Source: a candidate division FCPU426 bacterium
GTDB taxonomy: Bacteria; Oederibacteriota; JAAXVQ01; JAUVAV01
NCBI GenBank assembly: GCA_040756875.1
Contig: JBFLYH010000003.1
Location: 32,001 to 96,000 of the forward strand
DNA length: 64,000 nucleotides
Direction: 5' to 3'
How positions within the stretch are numbered: position 1 is the stretch's first letter; each line of letters starts with the position of its first letter. A model generated the notes under the pieces. The model saw only the letters and a program-made list of their open reading frames with translations. It was not told the DNA's origin and ran no database searches. Both the position numbers and the translations under genes were made by a program. Shown piece after piece: positions 1 through 19,354 of this stretch.

Positions 1-660
1 GCTCCGCGGTTTGAATCCCATCCAACGGTGCCGGCCGGCCTTGCCGATGGTGATGTTTTCGTGCTCCAGGTTGCCGACCTGCCCGACCGTGGCCTGGCAA
101 TCCAGGTGGATCAGGCGCATTTCGCCCGAAGGCAGGCGGACGTGGGCATACTCGCCCTCCTTGGCCAGGAGCTGGGCATTGCTGCCGGCGGCGCGCACCA
201 GACGGGCCGGGCTGTCGAGCTTGACTTCGATGTTATGGATCAGCTCGCCCACCGGAATTTTCCGCAAGGGCAGGGTGTTTCCCAGCTGGATGTCGGCTTC
301 CGGCCCGGACAGGACCATGGTGCCGACCTTCAGGTTGTTGGGCGCCACGATATAACGTTTTTCGCCGTCCGCGTAATGCAGTAAAGCGATGCGGGCCGTG
401 CGGTTCGGGTCGTACTCGATGGAGACGACGCGGGCCGGGACGCCCGGCTTGTTCCGCATAAAGTCGATCACGCGGTACCGGCGCTTGTGGCCGCCTGACT
501 TGCGGCGGGCCGTATAGCGTCCGTAGCCGTTGTGCCCGCCGCTGCGCGGGCTGGGACGCAGCAGGGACTTCTCCGGCTGGGTGCGCGTCAGTTCCGAAAA
601 GTCGTACCCCGTCATCTGCCGGCGGCCCGGGCTCGTGGGGCGATAGGATTTAACGGGCAT
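1..660 (-). CDS. rplB: 50S ribosomal protein L2 (3' end runs off the window)
   Basis: ATG at 660 reads [17 protein letters not shown]..., with later [13 protein letters not shown] motif; follows rplW in S10 operon order; not in the ORF track because the stop lies outside the window. Confidence 0.95.
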   Translation of the reverse strand, partial: MPVKSYRPTSPGRRQMTGYDFSELTRTQPEKSLLRPSPRSGGHNGYGRYTARRKSGGHKRRYRVIDFMRNKPGVPARVVSIEYDPNRTARIALLHYADGEKRYIVAPNNLKVGTMVLSGPEADIQLGNTLPLRKIPVGELIHNIEVKLDSPARLVRAAGSNAQLLAKEGEYAHVRLPSGEMRLIHLDCQATVGQVGNLEHENITIGKAGRHRWMGFKPRS

Positions 661-694
661 GCATGCTCTCCTTTGGCGGCTCGTTTACCGGGCT

Positions 695-982
695 TTAAAC
701 GCCCTCGTAGACCTCGATGCGGTCCCCGGCTTTGAGGGTGGCAATGGCCTTGCGCCAGTTCCGCTTCGGAGTCACGTGCGCGCCGAACCTCCGGCTCTTG
801 CCGGGCACGGTGGTGGTGTTTACGCGCAGCACGGTCACCTTGAAAATGGTCTCGATCGCTTCCTTGATCTGCAGCTTGTTCGCCCGGGCGTCGACTTCGA
901 AGGCGTAGGCGTTGATGGCTTCCTTGGCGCGGTTGGTTTTTTCGGTCAACAGCGGCCGCCGGATGATCGTATAGGGGTTCAT
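695..982 (-). CDS. rplW: 50S ribosomal protein L23
   Basis: C-terminal 95 aa of ORF 695..1507 ([15 protein letters not shown]...WRKAIATL); ATG overlaps the rplD stop. Confidence 0.95.
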   Translation of the reverse strand: MNPYTIIRRPLLTEKTNRAKEAINAYAFEVDARANKLQIKEAIETIFKVTVLRVNTTTVPGKSRRFGAHVTPKRNWRKAIATLKAGDRIEVYEGV

Positions 983-1605
983 GCGTTCAACCTCTCTTCC
1001 AGCCGGTTTACCGCGTCGCGCGTCAGCAGCAAATGATCGCAGTTCACCAAATCGTAGGTATTGATGTTTTCCGGGTTCAGGATCCTCAGGGTGCCGATGT
1101 TCCGGCCGGAACGCCGCACGGTTTCGTCGGCCTGGGCCAGCACCATGGTGGTCTTGCCCGAGAGGTTGAGTTTCTGGAGAATGCCGGCCAACAACTTGGT
1201 CTTGATCTGGGCCAGCTTCAGTTCGTCCAGCACGACCACTTCTCCGTCCGCCACTTTGGCCGAAAGCGCCGACCGCAGGGCTTGCTGGCGCTGGCGCTGG
1301 GGCAGGAGCCAGGAATAGTCGCGCGGCTTGGGACCGAACACGGTTCCGCCTTTGTACCACAGCGGGGAACGGTTGCTGCCCGCGCGCGCCCGGCCGGTGC
1401 CCTTCTGCCGCCACGGCTTGGCGCCGCCGCCGCTGACCTCGCCCCGGGTTTTGGTGGAGGAGGTGCCGCGGCGCTTGTTGGCCAGGTGGCTTTGAACCGC
1501 TTCCCACAGCAGGTGTTTGTTGACTTTCGCACCGAATACTTTTTCCGATACGGTGACCTCACCGACCGGTTGATTTTCACGATTGACGATTTTAAGTACG
1601 GGCAT
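979..1605 (-). CDS. rplD: 50S ribosomal protein L4
   Basis: [15 protein letters not shown] motif; operon position. Confidence 0.97.
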   Translation of the reverse strand: MPVLKIVNRENQPVGEVTVSEKVFGAKVNKHLLWEAVQSHLANKRRGTSSTKTRGEVSGGGAKPWRQKGTGRARAGSNRSPLWYKGGTVFGPKPRDYSWLLPQRQRQQALRSALSAKVADGEVVVLDELKLAQIKTKLLAGILQKLNLSGKTTMVLAQADETVRRSGRNIGTLRILNPENINTYDLVNCDHLLLTRDAVNRLEERLNA

Positions 1606-1607
1606 GG

Positions 1608-2243
1608 CTACCGCTTCCCTCCCCGCCGGCTTTCACGCACCAGCACCAGATCCCGGTTGGCGCCGGGAATGGCGCCGCGAATCAGCAGCAATTTCTGCTC
1701 CGGATCCACTTTGACCAGCTTCAGCTTCATGGCGGTCACCCGTTCGTGGCCCATGTGCCCCGGCATTCCCAGGCCCTTGAGCACGCGTGAGGGGTCCGAG
1801 GAGGCGCCGATCGAACCGGGCGCGCGGTGGAACATGGAGCCGTGCGAGTTGCGTCCTCCGGTGAAATGATGGCGTTTGACCACGCCCTGATACCCTTTGC
1901 CCTTGGAAACCCCGACCACGTCCACCCACTGGACGTCCGCCAGGACTTCCGGCCCGAAGGTCTGCCCGACCGCAAACGAATCCTTGTCCGCCAGTTCCAG
2001 CTCCCGCAGGATGCGGAACGGCTTGAGATTGCGTTTGGTGAACTGCCCCAGCCGCGGTTTGGTGATCCGCCGGGGCTTCTGCTCTTCGTAGCCCACCTGA
2101 ATGGCAGCGTAGCCGTCCTGTTCCTTGGTCTTGACCTGGACCACTGTGCACGGTCCGGCCGAAACCACGGTGACTGGAACGGCGTGGCCGTTTTCGTCGA
2201 AGATCTGGGTCATGCCGATTTTCCTGCCGAGTATGCTTTTCAT
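1608..2243 (-). CDS. rplC: 50S ribosomal protein L3
   Basis: ILGRKIGMTQIF and SKGKGYQGVVKRH motifs; ATG at 2243 preferred over TTG at 2249. Confidence 0.97.
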   Translation of the reverse strand: MKSILGRKIGMTQIFDENGHAVPVTVVSAGPCTVVQVKTKEQDGYAAIQVGYEEQKPRRITKPRLGQFTKRNLKPFRILRELELADKDSFAVGQTFGPEVLADVQWVDVVGVSKGKGYQGVVKRHHFTGGRNSHGSMFHRAPGSIGASSDPSRVLKGLGMPGHMGHERVTAMKLKLVKVDPEQKLLLIRGAIPGANRDLVLVRESRRGGKR

Positions 2244-2273
2244 AGCCAATCCTCTTTTACAGGTCCCCGGGAC

Positions 2274-2582
2274 CTATAATTTGATCTCCACGTCGACGCC
2301 GGCCGGCAAATCCATCTTCATCAGGGCGTCGATGGTTTTGGCGGTCGGATCCACGATATCCAGCAGCCGCTTGTGCGTCCGGATCTCGAATTGTTCCCGC
2401 GATTTCTTGTCCACGTGCGGACTGCGCAACACGGTCACCCGGTTGATGCGGGTCGGCAACGGTACCGGCCCGAATACGCGCGCACCGGTCCTTTTGGCAG
2501 TCTCAATGACATCGGCCGCGGAACGGTCCAACAACTTGCTGTCGTAGGCCTTCATCCGGATGCGAATTTTTTGCTGCTGCAT
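2274..2582 (-). CDS. rpsJ: 30S ribosomal protein S10
   Basis: GPVPLPT and [14 protein letters not shown] motifs. Confidence 0.98.
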   Translation of the reverse strand: MQQQKIRIRMKAYDSKLLDRSAADVIETAKRTGARVFGPVPLPTRINRVTVLRSPHVDKKSREQFEIRTHKRLLDIVDPTAKTIDALMKMDLPAGVDVEIKL

Positions 2583-2601
2583 GGTGCCCTCCGCTCTCCC
2601 G

Positions 2602-3804
<1,203 letters not shown>

Positions 3805-3821
3805 GGAGTGGTCCTCCTCGA

Positions 3822-5912
3822 TTATTTGCCTTGCATTTTTGACACGACGGCTTCCGCGATGCTTTTCGGCACCTCGGCATAATGCGCGAACTGCATGGTA
3901 AAGGTCGCCCGTCCCTGGGTCATGGACCGCAGATCCGTGGCGTAACCGAACATTTCCGCCAACGGCACATGGCCGTGGACCACGTGCGTATTGCCTTTTT
4001 TATCGAGGCCTTCGATCCGGCCGCGGCGCGAATTCAGGTTGCCGAGCACGTCGCCCATGTAATCCTCCGGCGTGACGACTTCCAGGGCGAAGATGGGCTC
4101 CAGGAGCACCGGCTGGGCCTTGCGGCAGGCTTCCTTGAAAGCCATGGAGCCCGCGATTTTAAACGCCATTTCCGAGGAATCCACCTCGTGGTAAGACCCG
4201 TCGAACAGCGTTACTTTGCAATCCACCACCGGATAGCCCGCCAGCACGCCGCTCTGCAGCGCGTCCTGGATGCCCTGGTTCACCGGCTGGATGTATTCCC
4301 GCGGAATGCTGCCGCCGCGGATGGCATCCACGAATTCGTAGCCCTTGCCGTTTTCCATCGGTTCCAGCCGGATCCACACATGGCCGTACTGGCCGCGGCC
4401 GCCGGTCTGGCGGACGAACTTCCCTTCCTGCTCGACCGACTTGGAGATGGTTTCGCGGTAGGCCACCTGGGGCTTGCCCACGTTGGCTTCCACGTTGAAT
4501 TCCCGCAACAGCCGGTCCACGATGATTTCCAAGTGCAGTTCGCCCATGCCCCAGATCAGGGTCTGGCCGGTTTCCTCGTCGGTCCGGATCTTGAAAGTCG
4601 GGTCTTCCTCCGAGAGCCGCTGCAAGGCCGTGCCCAGTTTGTCCTGGTCCGCCTTGGTCTTGGGCTCGATAGCCACGGAGATCACGGGCGCCGGGAAGGA
4701 CATGGATTCCAGCACGATGGGCTGGGACTCATCCGCCAGGCTGTCGCCGGTGGTGGTGAATTTCAACCCCACCGCGGCCACGATGTCTCCCGCGGAGGCC
4801 GACTCGATCTCTTCGCGCTTGTTCGCGTGCATGCGCATGAGGCGGCCGATGCGCTCCCGTTTCTCCCGGGTGGAATTCAGGACGTGGTCGCCGGTGCTGA
4901 TTTGCCCCGAATAGACCCGGAAATACGTCAGTTTTCCCACATACGGATCGGACATGATCTTGAACGCCAGCGCGGCAAAAGGCGCCTTGGGGTTGGCCGG
5001 CCGGTTTTCGCGCACGTCCTTGCCCGGAATCTCTCCGGAAACCGGCGGGATGTCCGTGGGCGACGGCAAATAGTCGGCCACGGCATCCAGCAGCGGCTGG
5101 ATGCCTTTGTTCTTGAAAGCCGAGCCGCACAGCACCGGCACGATCTTGCCGGCCACCACGGCTTTGCGCAGCGTCCGTTTGATTTCCACGGGTGTCACGT
5201 CCTCGCCGGCCAGGAACTTCTCCAGCAGGTGGTCGTCGAAATCCGCCAGGGCCTCGATCAACTTCTCGCGTTGGGCGCGGGCGACGAAAAATTCCGTCTC
5301 GGCAATCTGCTCGTCGATCTCGTATTCCGCGCCCAGGGTCTCATCGTTCCACACCAGCTGTTTCATCTCGATGATGTCCACCAAGCCGCGGAACCCGCTT
5401 TCGCTGCCCACCGGGATCTGGATGGGCACCGCGCGCGCCCCCAGTTTCTCGCGGATGCTCTTGACCGATTGCATGAAATCCGCGCCGATCCGGTCCATCT
5501 TGTTGATGAACGCCAGCCGCGGCACGTTGTACTTGTCCGCCTGGCGCCAGACCGTTTCGGACTGGGGTTGCACTCCGCTCACGCCGTCAAAGACCGCCAC
5601 CGCACCGTCCAACACCCGTAGCGACCGCTCGACCTCGACCGTGAAGTCCACGTGGCCGGGCGTGTCGATGATGTTGATGCGGTGATGCTTCCAGAAGCAT
5701 GTGGTTGCGGCCGAGGTGATGGTGATGCCGCGCTCCTGCTCCTGGACCATCCAATCCATCGTGGCCGTCCCCTCGTGCACTTCGCCCAGCTTGTACAGCC
5801 GGCCGGAGTAAAAGAGGACACGCTCCGTGATGGTGGTTTTTCCCGCGTCAATGTGGGCCATGATCCCGATGTTCCGGGTCTTGGCCAAATCTACAGACTG
5901 AGGCGAACTCAT
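3822..5912 (-). CDS. fusA: Elongation factor G
   Basis: [29 protein letters not shown]; 696 aa. Confidence 0.99.
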   Translation of the reverse strand: MSSPQSVDLAKTRNIGIMAHIDAGKTTITERVLFYSGRLYKLGEVHEGTATMDWMVQEQERGITITSAATTCFWKHHRINIIDTPGHVDFTVEVERSLRVLDGAVAVFDGVSGVQPQSETVWRQADKYNVPRLAFINKMDRIGADFMQSVKSIREKLGARAVPIQIPVGSESGFRGLVDIIEMKQLVWNDETLGAEYEIDEQIAETEFFVARAQREKLIEALADFDDHLLEKFLAGEDVTPVEIKRTLRKAVVAGKIVPVLCGSAFKNKGIQPLLDAVADYLPSPTDIPPVSGEIPGKDVRENRPANPKAPFAALAFKIMSDPYVGKLTYFRVYSGQISTGDHVLNSTREKRERIGRLMRMHANKREEIESASAGDIVAAVGLKFTTTGDSLADESQPIVLESMSFPAPVISVAIEPKTKADQDKLGTALQRLSEEDPTFKIRTDEETGQTLIWGMGELHLEIIVDRLLREFNVEANVGKPQVAYRETISKSVEQEGKFVRQTGGRGQYGHVWIRLEPMENGKGYEFVDAIRGGSIPREYIQPVNQGIQDALQSGVLAGYPVVDCKVTLFDGSYHEVDSSEMAFKIAGSMAFKEACRKAQPVLLEPIFALEVVTPEDYMGDVLGNLNSRRGRIEGLDKKGNTHVVHGHVPLAEMFGYATDLRSMTQGRATFTMQFAHYAEVPKSIAEAVVSKMQGK

Positions 5913-5970
5913 GTGCTTATGCTCCCGAATGCCGTCCGCGGAATGTTGACCGGGACAGCCAGCCTTCGTC

Positions 5971-6441
5971 CTACCAGCGATAATGGGCGAAGGCTTTATT
6001 GGCCTCAGCCATCTTGTGGGTATCTTCCCGTTTTTTGACTGCCGCGCCCTGGTTGGTGGCCGCTTCCATGAATTCGGCGGCCAGGCGCTCTTCCATGCTC
6101 TTGCCTTTGCGGGCGCGCGCGGCTTCCCGCAGCCAGCGGATGGCCAGGGACAGCTGGCGCTCCGGACGCACTTCCACCGGAACCTGGTAATTGGCTCCGC
6201 CCACGCGGCGCGACTTGACTTCCACCTGGGGCTTCACGTTGTCCAGCGCCTGTTTAAACGTGTTCAACGTGGGGTCCCCGGTTTTGGTTTTGATGATATT
6301 CAACGCGCCGTAAAAAATCTGTTCGGCGCGGCTCTTTTTTCCGCACTCCATGATGCAATTGATGAATTTCGTCACCACCGGACTGTTGAAACGGCCGTCC
6401 GGCTTGATTTCACGCTTGGCAGCACCCTTACGACGCGGCAT
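5971..6441 (-). CDS. rpsG: 30S ribosomal protein S7
   Basis: [15 protein letters not shown]-terminal [13 protein letters not shown]. Confidence 0.99.
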   Translation of the reverse strand: MPRRKGAAKREIKPDGRFNSPVVTKFINCIMECGKKSRAEQIFYGALNIIKTKTGDPTLNTFKQALDNVKPQVEVKSRRVGGANYQVPVEVRPERQLSLAIRWLREAARARKGKSMEERLAAEFMEAATNQGAAVKKREDTHKMAEANKAFAHYRW

Positions 6442-6473
6442 GAATTACCATCCTCCCTTGCGAAACGCCATGA

Positions 6474-6845
6474 CTACTTCGGCCGTTTGAGGCCGTATTT
6501 GGAGCGCCCTTGCTTGCGGTTTTGCACGCCCGCGGTATCCAAGGTGCCCCTTATAATATGGTAACGAACACCGGGCAGGTCCTTGACGCGGCCGCCGCGG
6601 ATCATCACGATCGAGTGTTCCTGCAGATTGTGCCCCTCGCCCGGTATGTAGCACGTCACTTCCATGCCGTTCACCAGGCGCACGCGGGCCACTTTTCGCA
6701 AAGCCGAATTGGGCTTTTTGGGCGTTACGGTATAGACCCTCAGGCACACTCCGCGCTTTTGGGGACAGCTGCGAAGGGCGGGAGAAGACGTTTTGCTGCG
6801 CAAGGTTTCGCGCCCTTTGCGGATCAACTGGTTGATGGTCGGCAT
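6474..6845 (-). CDS. rpsL: 30S ribosomal protein S12
   Basis: [27 protein letters not shown]. Confidence 0.99.
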   Translation of the reverse strand: MPTINQLIRKGRETLRSKTSSPALRSCPQKRGVCLRVYTVTPKKPNSALRKVARVRLVNGMEVTCYIPGEGHNLQEHSIVMIRGGRVKDLPGVRYHIIRGTLDTAGVQNRKQGRSKYGLKRPK

Positions 6846-6872
6846 GTGCGCCTCCCTTTCCTTTTTATCCTT

Positions 6873-6905
6873 AAAAACAAAAAAGACGGAAACATCCGTC
6901 TTTTT
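6873..6905 (-). terminator. Intrinsic terminator-like hairpin in the rpsL leader
   Basis: Minus strand AAAAAGACGGA-UGUU-UCCGUCUUUUUUGUUUUU, about 30 nt upstream of the rpsL ATG. Confidence 0.75.
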
Positions 6906-6915
6906 GGTCAGGACA

Positions 6916-7122
6916 AACCTGGGGTCCCGTTTGAGGGACCGATCCTGTAAGACCTGTACTCTGGGAAGACCTTCGCCCCGGCTTTCCGGCTAAGGGACGT
7001 GGTTTCTTCGAACGCCGTCCGTCCATGTAAAATGGACGGACGACAACCAACGCGAGCCTCCCGCGTACAAACGGATGCTGCCACCGTCTCGCCACTCACT
7101 TGCAGTGGTTATGTCTCAGGCC
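6916..7122 (-). ncRNA. Candidate structured cis-regulatory leader (attenuator) of the str/S10 operon
   Basis: Several nested complementary segments between a sigma70 promoter and a terminator; see findings. Confidence 0.6.
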
Positions 7123-7135
7123 AAAAAGAGAAATG

Positions 7136-7165
7136 AGTATATGTTATTAACTTAAAAACTGTCAA
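7136..7165 (-). promoter_or_regulatory. sigma70-type promoter upstream of the rpsL leader
   Basis: TTGACA-N18-TATACT on the minus strand in AT-rich DNA just after the rpoC stop. Confidence 0.7.
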
Positions 7166-7174
7166 GCGGTAATT

Positions 7175-11272
<4,098 letters not shown>

Positions 11273-11298
11273 TTTTTCTCCAAAGCCGCCCTCGACTC

Positions 11299-15126
<3,828 letters not shown>

Positions 15127-15212
15127 GCAGTCTCCTCCTTGCCCCACGGTCTGTAGAAAACAAACAAATAATGTAATAAAGGGTGTACGAGAAAGGGAAA
15201 AACAGAAATGTA

Positions 15213-15272
15213 AGGATAAAATATTTCGATGGCCTTTGTCAACCCTAAATTTATTTTTTTTTGCTTTTTTTA
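15213..15272 (-). promoter_or_regulatory. sigma70-type promoter with UP-like A tracts for rpoBC
   Basis: TTGACA (15237-15242)-N18-TATCCT (15213-15218), preceded by A-tracts. Confidence 0.6.
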
Positions 15273-15298
15273 TACCCGGCAGCCAGTGAGGAGGGGGC

Positions 15299-16039
15299 TC
15301 AGCCGGCCAGGACCTTCAATCCCCGGGAGCGCAGCTTCCGGGCGACCCTGGCCCAGAGGGCCCGGGACGGCGGTTTCAGGGTTTGCAGGGGGTAGGCCAG
15401 CCCCAATTCCCGCCATTTATGCACGCCCAAGCGGTGGTACCCGATCAGCTCGACCGGGGGTGTGTTTTCCAAGCTCAGCGCATAGTCCGACAATCCGTCG
15501 ATTTCTTCGGCGGAATCGTTCATTCCCGGCAGCAACACCCGTCTAAGCACCAGGCGGCCGGGAACCCGGGCCGCCTGGCGGCCGAACGCCAGCACCGGAG
15601 CCAGAGGCTGCCCGGTTAGCGAGCGGTGCAGTGCTTCTCGGCTGGCTTTAATGTCCAGCAGGACCACGTCGGTTTCAGCCAAAATCCGTTCGGCCGCGGC
15701 CGGCTTGCAGCTGCCGTTGGTATCCAGGGCGGTATTCAGTTTCAAATCATGGGCAATTTTAAACAAGCCGATCACGAAATCCGCCTGCAGGGTCGGTTCC
15801 CCGCCGGAAACAGTCACGCCGCCGCCGTGCTGGCGCAAATAGGGGGTCAACGGCTCCAGCCGGGCGCGGGCCTCGGCCAGGGTCATGCGGCCCGAAGCCC
15901 GGATGGACCACGTGTCCGGGTTCTGGCAGTACTGGCAGCGGAAGTTGCATCCGGCCAGAAAGAAGACGCAGCGCAGTCCCGGCCCGTCGCGGGTGCCGAG
16001 GGTTTCGACGGAATGCACGCGGCCAATGATGTTTTTCAT
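15299..16039 (-). CDS. pflA: Pyruvate formate-lyase activating enzyme (radical SAM)
   Basis: DGPGLR and [14 protein letters not shown] (CxxxCxxC); [10 protein letters not shown]; downstream of pflB. Confidence 0.95.
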   Translation of the reverse strand: MKNIIGRVHSVETLGTRDGPGLRCVFFLAGCNFRCQYCQNPDTWSIRASGRMTLAEARARLEPLTPYLRQHGGGVTVSGGEPTLQADFVIGLFKIAHDLKLNTALDTNGSCKPAAAERILAETDVVLLDIKASREALHRSLTGQPLAPVLAFGRQAARVPGRLVLRRVLLPGMNDSAEEIDGLSDYALSLENTPPVELIGYHRLGVHKWRELGLAYPLQTLKPPSRALWARVARKLRSRGLKVLAG

Positions 16040-16045
16040 GCCAGG

Positions 16046-16074
16046 CGACCTGTCCGACCGGTCCGACTTGTCCG
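16046..16074. repeat. Short 9-bp tandem repeat (KGTCCGACY) between pflB and pflA
   Basis: cgacc tgtccgacc ggtccgact tgtccg. Confidence 0.55.
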
Positions 16075-16086
16075 GTCCGTCAAAAA

Positions 16087-18315
16087 CTACATCATTTGGT
16101 GAAAAGTGCGCCGCAGGATTTCCTCCTGCTGTTCGCGTGACAGCTTGGTGAAATGCACCGCATAGCCTGAAACCCGGATGGTGAGCTGGGGATATTTTTC
16201 CGGATGGCGCATGGCGTCGCGCAGCAGCTGCCGGTCGAGGACGTTGACATTGATGTGGTGGCCGCCCTTGGTGAAATAACCGTCCAGCAAGCCGGTAAGG
16301 TTTTCCTTTTGGGCCGGCAGATCGCGCCCCAGGGCCTGCGGCACGATGGAGAAGGTGTTGGAGATGCCGTCCATGGCCGCGTAGTACGGCAGCTTGGACA
16401 TGGAATTCAAGCTCGCCAGCACGCCGTTCTTTTCACGGCCGTACATGGGATTCGCGCCCGGCGCAAACGGTTCTCCGGCCTTGCGGCCGTCCGGCGTGGC
16501 GCCGGTTTTCTTGCCATACAGCACGTTGCTGGTGATGGTCAGAATGGACAGCGTGGGCGTGGCGCGCCGGTAGACCGTGTGCTTGCGCAGCTCGGTGATG
16601 AAGGTGATAATCAAGTCCCGCGCCCGGTTGTCGGCCCGCTCGTCGTCATTGCCGAAGGCGGGGTATTCCCCCTTGATCTTGAAGGACTTGGTCAGGCCCC
16701 GGTGGTCGCGCACCGGCTGGACTTTCGCGTAGCGGATCGCGCACAGCGAGTCCACCACCACGGACAGTCCTGCCAGTCCGAACGCCATCAGGCGGTCCAC
16801 CTCGCTGTCCAGCAGGGCCATCTGGATGCTTTCGTAGTAATAACGGTCGTGGCACCAGTGGATCACGTTCATGATGTCCACGTATTTTTTCGCCAGCCAG
16901 GAAATGACGCGGATGAAGTTTTCGTACACCTGGTCGTAGTCCAGGGTCTTGCCCGTAAGCGGCGGGATGTTCGGAACCACCTGCTCCCCGTAAATTTCGT
17001 CCCGGCCCTGGTTGAGCGCCAAGAGCAGGGCTTTGGGCAGATTGCAGCGGGCGCCGAAATACTGGATTTGGCTGCCGGCCTTGAGCAGGGACACGCAGCA
17101 GGAAATCCCGTAATCATCCCCGGCCACCGGCCGCATCAGGTCGTCGTTCATGAACTGCAGCGTGCTGGTCTCGACGGCCATTTCGGCGGCAAACCGCTTC
17201 CAGGGCTCGGGCAGGCGCGGCGAATGCAGCACGGTCAGGTTCGGTTCGGGCGCGGGCCCCAGGTTGCGCAGGCTCTGGAGGAAGCGGAAATCGGTTTTAG
17301 TCACCTTGGGCCGGCCGTCGCTCCCCATGCCGCCCAACACCAGGGTCACCCAGACCGGATCGCCGGCGAACAGCTCGTCGTATTCCGGCGGCCGCAATTG
17401 GCGGATCATGCGCAGTTTGATGGTGAAATCGTCGATCAGTTCCTGCGCCTGGCTTTCGGTCAGGCGGCCGGCTGCCAAGTCCCGCTGGATGTAAATATCG
17501 AAAAAGGCGGACAAGTGGCCGATGGACATGGCAGCGCCGTCCGATTCCTTGGCCGCGGCCAGGTAGGCCAGGTAGGTCCACTGCACGGCTTCGCGCGCCG
17601 TCTCCGCGGGCCGGGACAGGTCGCAGCCGTAGCGGCGGCCGAGTTCCGCGAGCTCCTCCAGCGCCTGGATCTGGTTGGCCACTTCCTCCCGCTGCCGGAT
17701 GGTGCGGGTGTCCATGGCGTCCTCGATGCGGGCCTGGTCCGCGCGCTTCTCCTGGAGCAGACGGGCCGTGCCGTATAGGGCCGCCCGGCGGTAATCGCCG
17801 ATGATCCGTCCCCGGGCGTAGTTGTCCGGCAGGCCGGTGATGATGCCCAGACGCCGGATTTTTTTCATCTCCTCGGTGTATATGGAAAACACCGCGTCAT
17901 TGTGGGACTTGCGGTAGCGAGTGTAGGTTTCCACCACCCGGGGATTGACGGTATAGCCGTGCGCCTTGGCTGCCCGCTCGACCAGCCGGATGCCGCCGAC
18001 CGGCTTGATGGCGCGCTTGAGCGGTTCGTCGGTCTGCAAGCCCTTGATCAGCTCCTGCTTCCGGTCGATGTACCCCGCTTCGTGCGAGAGAATGCCGCCC
18101 GGAACGTCGGGATCAATGGCGCGCACTCCCCCTTTGGCGTGCTCTTCCTTCATCAGGGACTTGACTTTTCGCCAGAGGGCGAGCGTGCGCTTGGTGGCGG
18201 GTTTGAGAAACTCCGGCCCGCCTTCATAGGGCGTATAATTGTGGGAGATGAAATCCTGCAGATCGATCTTCAAAGCCCAGCGGCCACGCTGAAAGGGAAG
18301 CATTTTTTTCGCCAT
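16087..18315 (-). CDS. pflB: Formate C-acetyltransferase (pyruvate formate-lyase)
   Basis: GISCCVS active-site cysteines and RVSGYAV glycyl-radical motif; 742 aa. Confidence 0.97.
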   Translation of the reverse strand: MAKKMLPFQRGRWALKIDLQDFISHNYTPYEGGPEFLKPATKRTLALWRKVKSLMKEEHAKGGVRAIDPDVPGGILSHEAGYIDRKQELIKGLQTDEPLKRAIKPVGGIRLVERAAKAHGYTVNPRVVETYTRYRKSHNDAVFSIYTEEMKKIRRLGIITGLPDNYARGRIIGDYRRAALYGTARLLQEKRADQARIEDAMDTRTIRQREEVANQIQALEELAELGRRYGCDLSRPAETAREAVQWTYLAYLAAAKESDGAAMSIGHLSAFFDIYIQRDLAAGRLTESQAQELIDDFTIKLRMIRQLRPPEYDELFAGDPVWVTLVLGGMGSDGRPKVTKTDFRFLQSLRNLGPAPEPNLTVLHSPRLPEPWKRFAAEMAVETSTLQFMNDDLMRPVAGDDYGISCCVSLLKAGSQIQYFGARCNLPKALLLALNQGRDEIYGEQVVPNIPPLTGKTLDYDQVYENFIRVISWLAKKYVDIMNVIHWCHDRYYYESIQMALLDSEVDRLMAFGLAGLSVVVDSLCAIRYAKVQPVRDHRGLTKSFKIKGEYPAFGNDDERADNRARDLIITFITELRKHTVYRRATPTLSILTITSNVLYGKKTGATPDGRKAGEPFAPGANPMYGREKNGVLASLNSMSKLPYYAAMDGISNTFSIVPQALGRDLPAQKENLTGLLDGYFTKGGHHINVNVLDRQLLRDAMRHPEKYPQLTIRVSGYAVHFTKLSREQQEEILRRTFHQMM

Positions 18316-18344
18316 GTCGCGCCTCCTCGAGAGCGAAGACGGGA

Positions 18345-18392
18345 AAGAAAAAAGCCCGGACCACCGCTCAGGAAATGAGCGGAAGCCCAGGC
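18345..18392 (-). terminator. Riboswitch expression-platform terminator
   Basis: GCCUGGGC...CCGCUCA-UUUCC-UGAGCGG...UCCGGGC followed by UUUUUUCUUU; its 5' arm overlaps the aptamer 3' end. Confidence 0.7.
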
Positions 18393-18462
18393 GTTCGGCT
18401 TGATCACCCGCTTGACAGCCGTGTTCCCAGGTGGTGCTCCACCTTCGCCAGTCGCACGGCTT
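18385..18462 (-). ncRNA. ZMP/ZTP riboswitch (pfl motif)
   Basis: AGCCGUG-CGACUGGCGAA-GGUGG..CCACC-UGGGAA-CACGGCU, linker, then GCCGAACGCCUGGGC, matching the known pfl/ZTP consensus; lies directly upstream of pflB. Confidence 0.9.
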
Positions 18463-18467
18463 GATTC

Positions 18468-18496
18468 AGGCTACAATACCCTCGTTCTTTTGTCAA
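18468..18496 (-). promoter_or_regulatory. sigma70-type promoter for riboswitch-pflB-pflA
   Basis: TTGACA-N17-TAGCCT immediately upstream of the aptamer. Confidence 0.6.
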
Positions 18497-18539
18497 GCTC
18501 TTAATCAGGAATCGTTCCGGTTTATTGTCGAGGTATGCT

Positions 18540-19283
18540 TTACTCCAAAATCAGTTCGCTTTCCTTGATCCAATTATCCCCGACCAGGCGCCACTCTTCA
18601 TTTCGCTTCTCGAAGTAGAACGTTCCCGGATACCAGCGGATCGCCTTGGGATGGTCGTCGTCGAAATGATAGCTGATAATGATGGCGAACGTGGCGGTGT
18701 TTTTCTTCCGGTTGTCGTATTTGGCCTCGGTCTTCTGCTTGTCCACTTCCATGATCAGTTCCTCGGGGAAACGCGTGGGCAGGCGGTTGCGCAGCACGTC
18801 CCGCCCCCATTCCAGTTTGTCCGCCAGGGCCTGATCGACCAGTTTCTCGAATTTTTTCTTGATCTCGTCATCGACCTTGAAGGGATCGGTTTTGGCCGCC
18901 GGCTGCGAAGCCCATTTGACCGTCTGCATGCCCAACCAGGGCATGGCGATCAACACCGCCAGCACGCTGCCGAGCATGACCCAAAAACGCGGCTGCCGCG
19001 CCAGCCGCTTGGTAATGGTGACCAGCGGCCTTTCTCCCAGCCGGATACGGGGCGCGGGCGGAAGCGGCGGCAGGATGGGCAGCGGCTTGGCCGCGACCCC
19101 TGCCGCAGCGGCATGGGCCAATTCCATTTTGGAAAGCCGGGGCGGTTCGGAGGAAACAGGCGTTGCCTGGGGTTTCGAACGGGGTTTGACCGGTTTTTTC
19201 GTCCCTTTGGCTTGGTTGCAATGGGGACAAAATTCAACCCGGTCTTGTTTGACTGGTCGGCCGCAATATCCGCAAATCCACAT
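18540..19283 (-). CDS. Hypothetical membrane protein: N-terminal zinc ribbon, Pro-rich linker, one TM helix, C-terminal domain
   Basis: CGYC...CPHC; hydrophobic FWVMLGSVLAVLIAMPWLG; candidate TTGTCA-N17-TAAAAT promoter at 19316-19344. Confidence 0.7.
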   Translation of the reverse strand: MWICGYCGRPVKQDRVEFCPHCNQAKGTKKPVKPRSKPQATPVSSEPPRLSKMELAHAAAAGVAAKPLPILPPLPPAPRIRLGERPLVTITKRLARQPRFWVMLGSVLAVLIAMPWLGMQTVKWASQPAAKTDPFKVDDEIKKKFEKLVDQALADKLEWGRDVLRNRLPTRFPEELIMEVDKQKTEAKYDNRKKNTATFAIIISYHFDDDHPKAIRWYPGTFYFEKRNEEWRLVGDNWIKESELILE

Positions 19284-19354
19284 AATCAGGGTCCCGGAAA
19301 TTAGTCTATTCTATAATTTTAGCCCAGCAATCTTGCCCTGACAAGGGGATAAAT

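Noticed and set aside
695-1507. Long N-terminal extensions in track ORFs for rplW, lpxK (to 41089), lpxB (to 43298), GT2 (to 28959) and PLD (to 61666)
   Set aside because: They overlap upstream genes in another frame; true starts sit at stop/start overlaps
6916-7122. rpsL leader as TPP riboswitch, T-box, 6S RNA or tRNA
   Set aside because: Only isolated words match (CUGAGA, GUUCGAA); the remaining conserved elements and cloverleaf are absent
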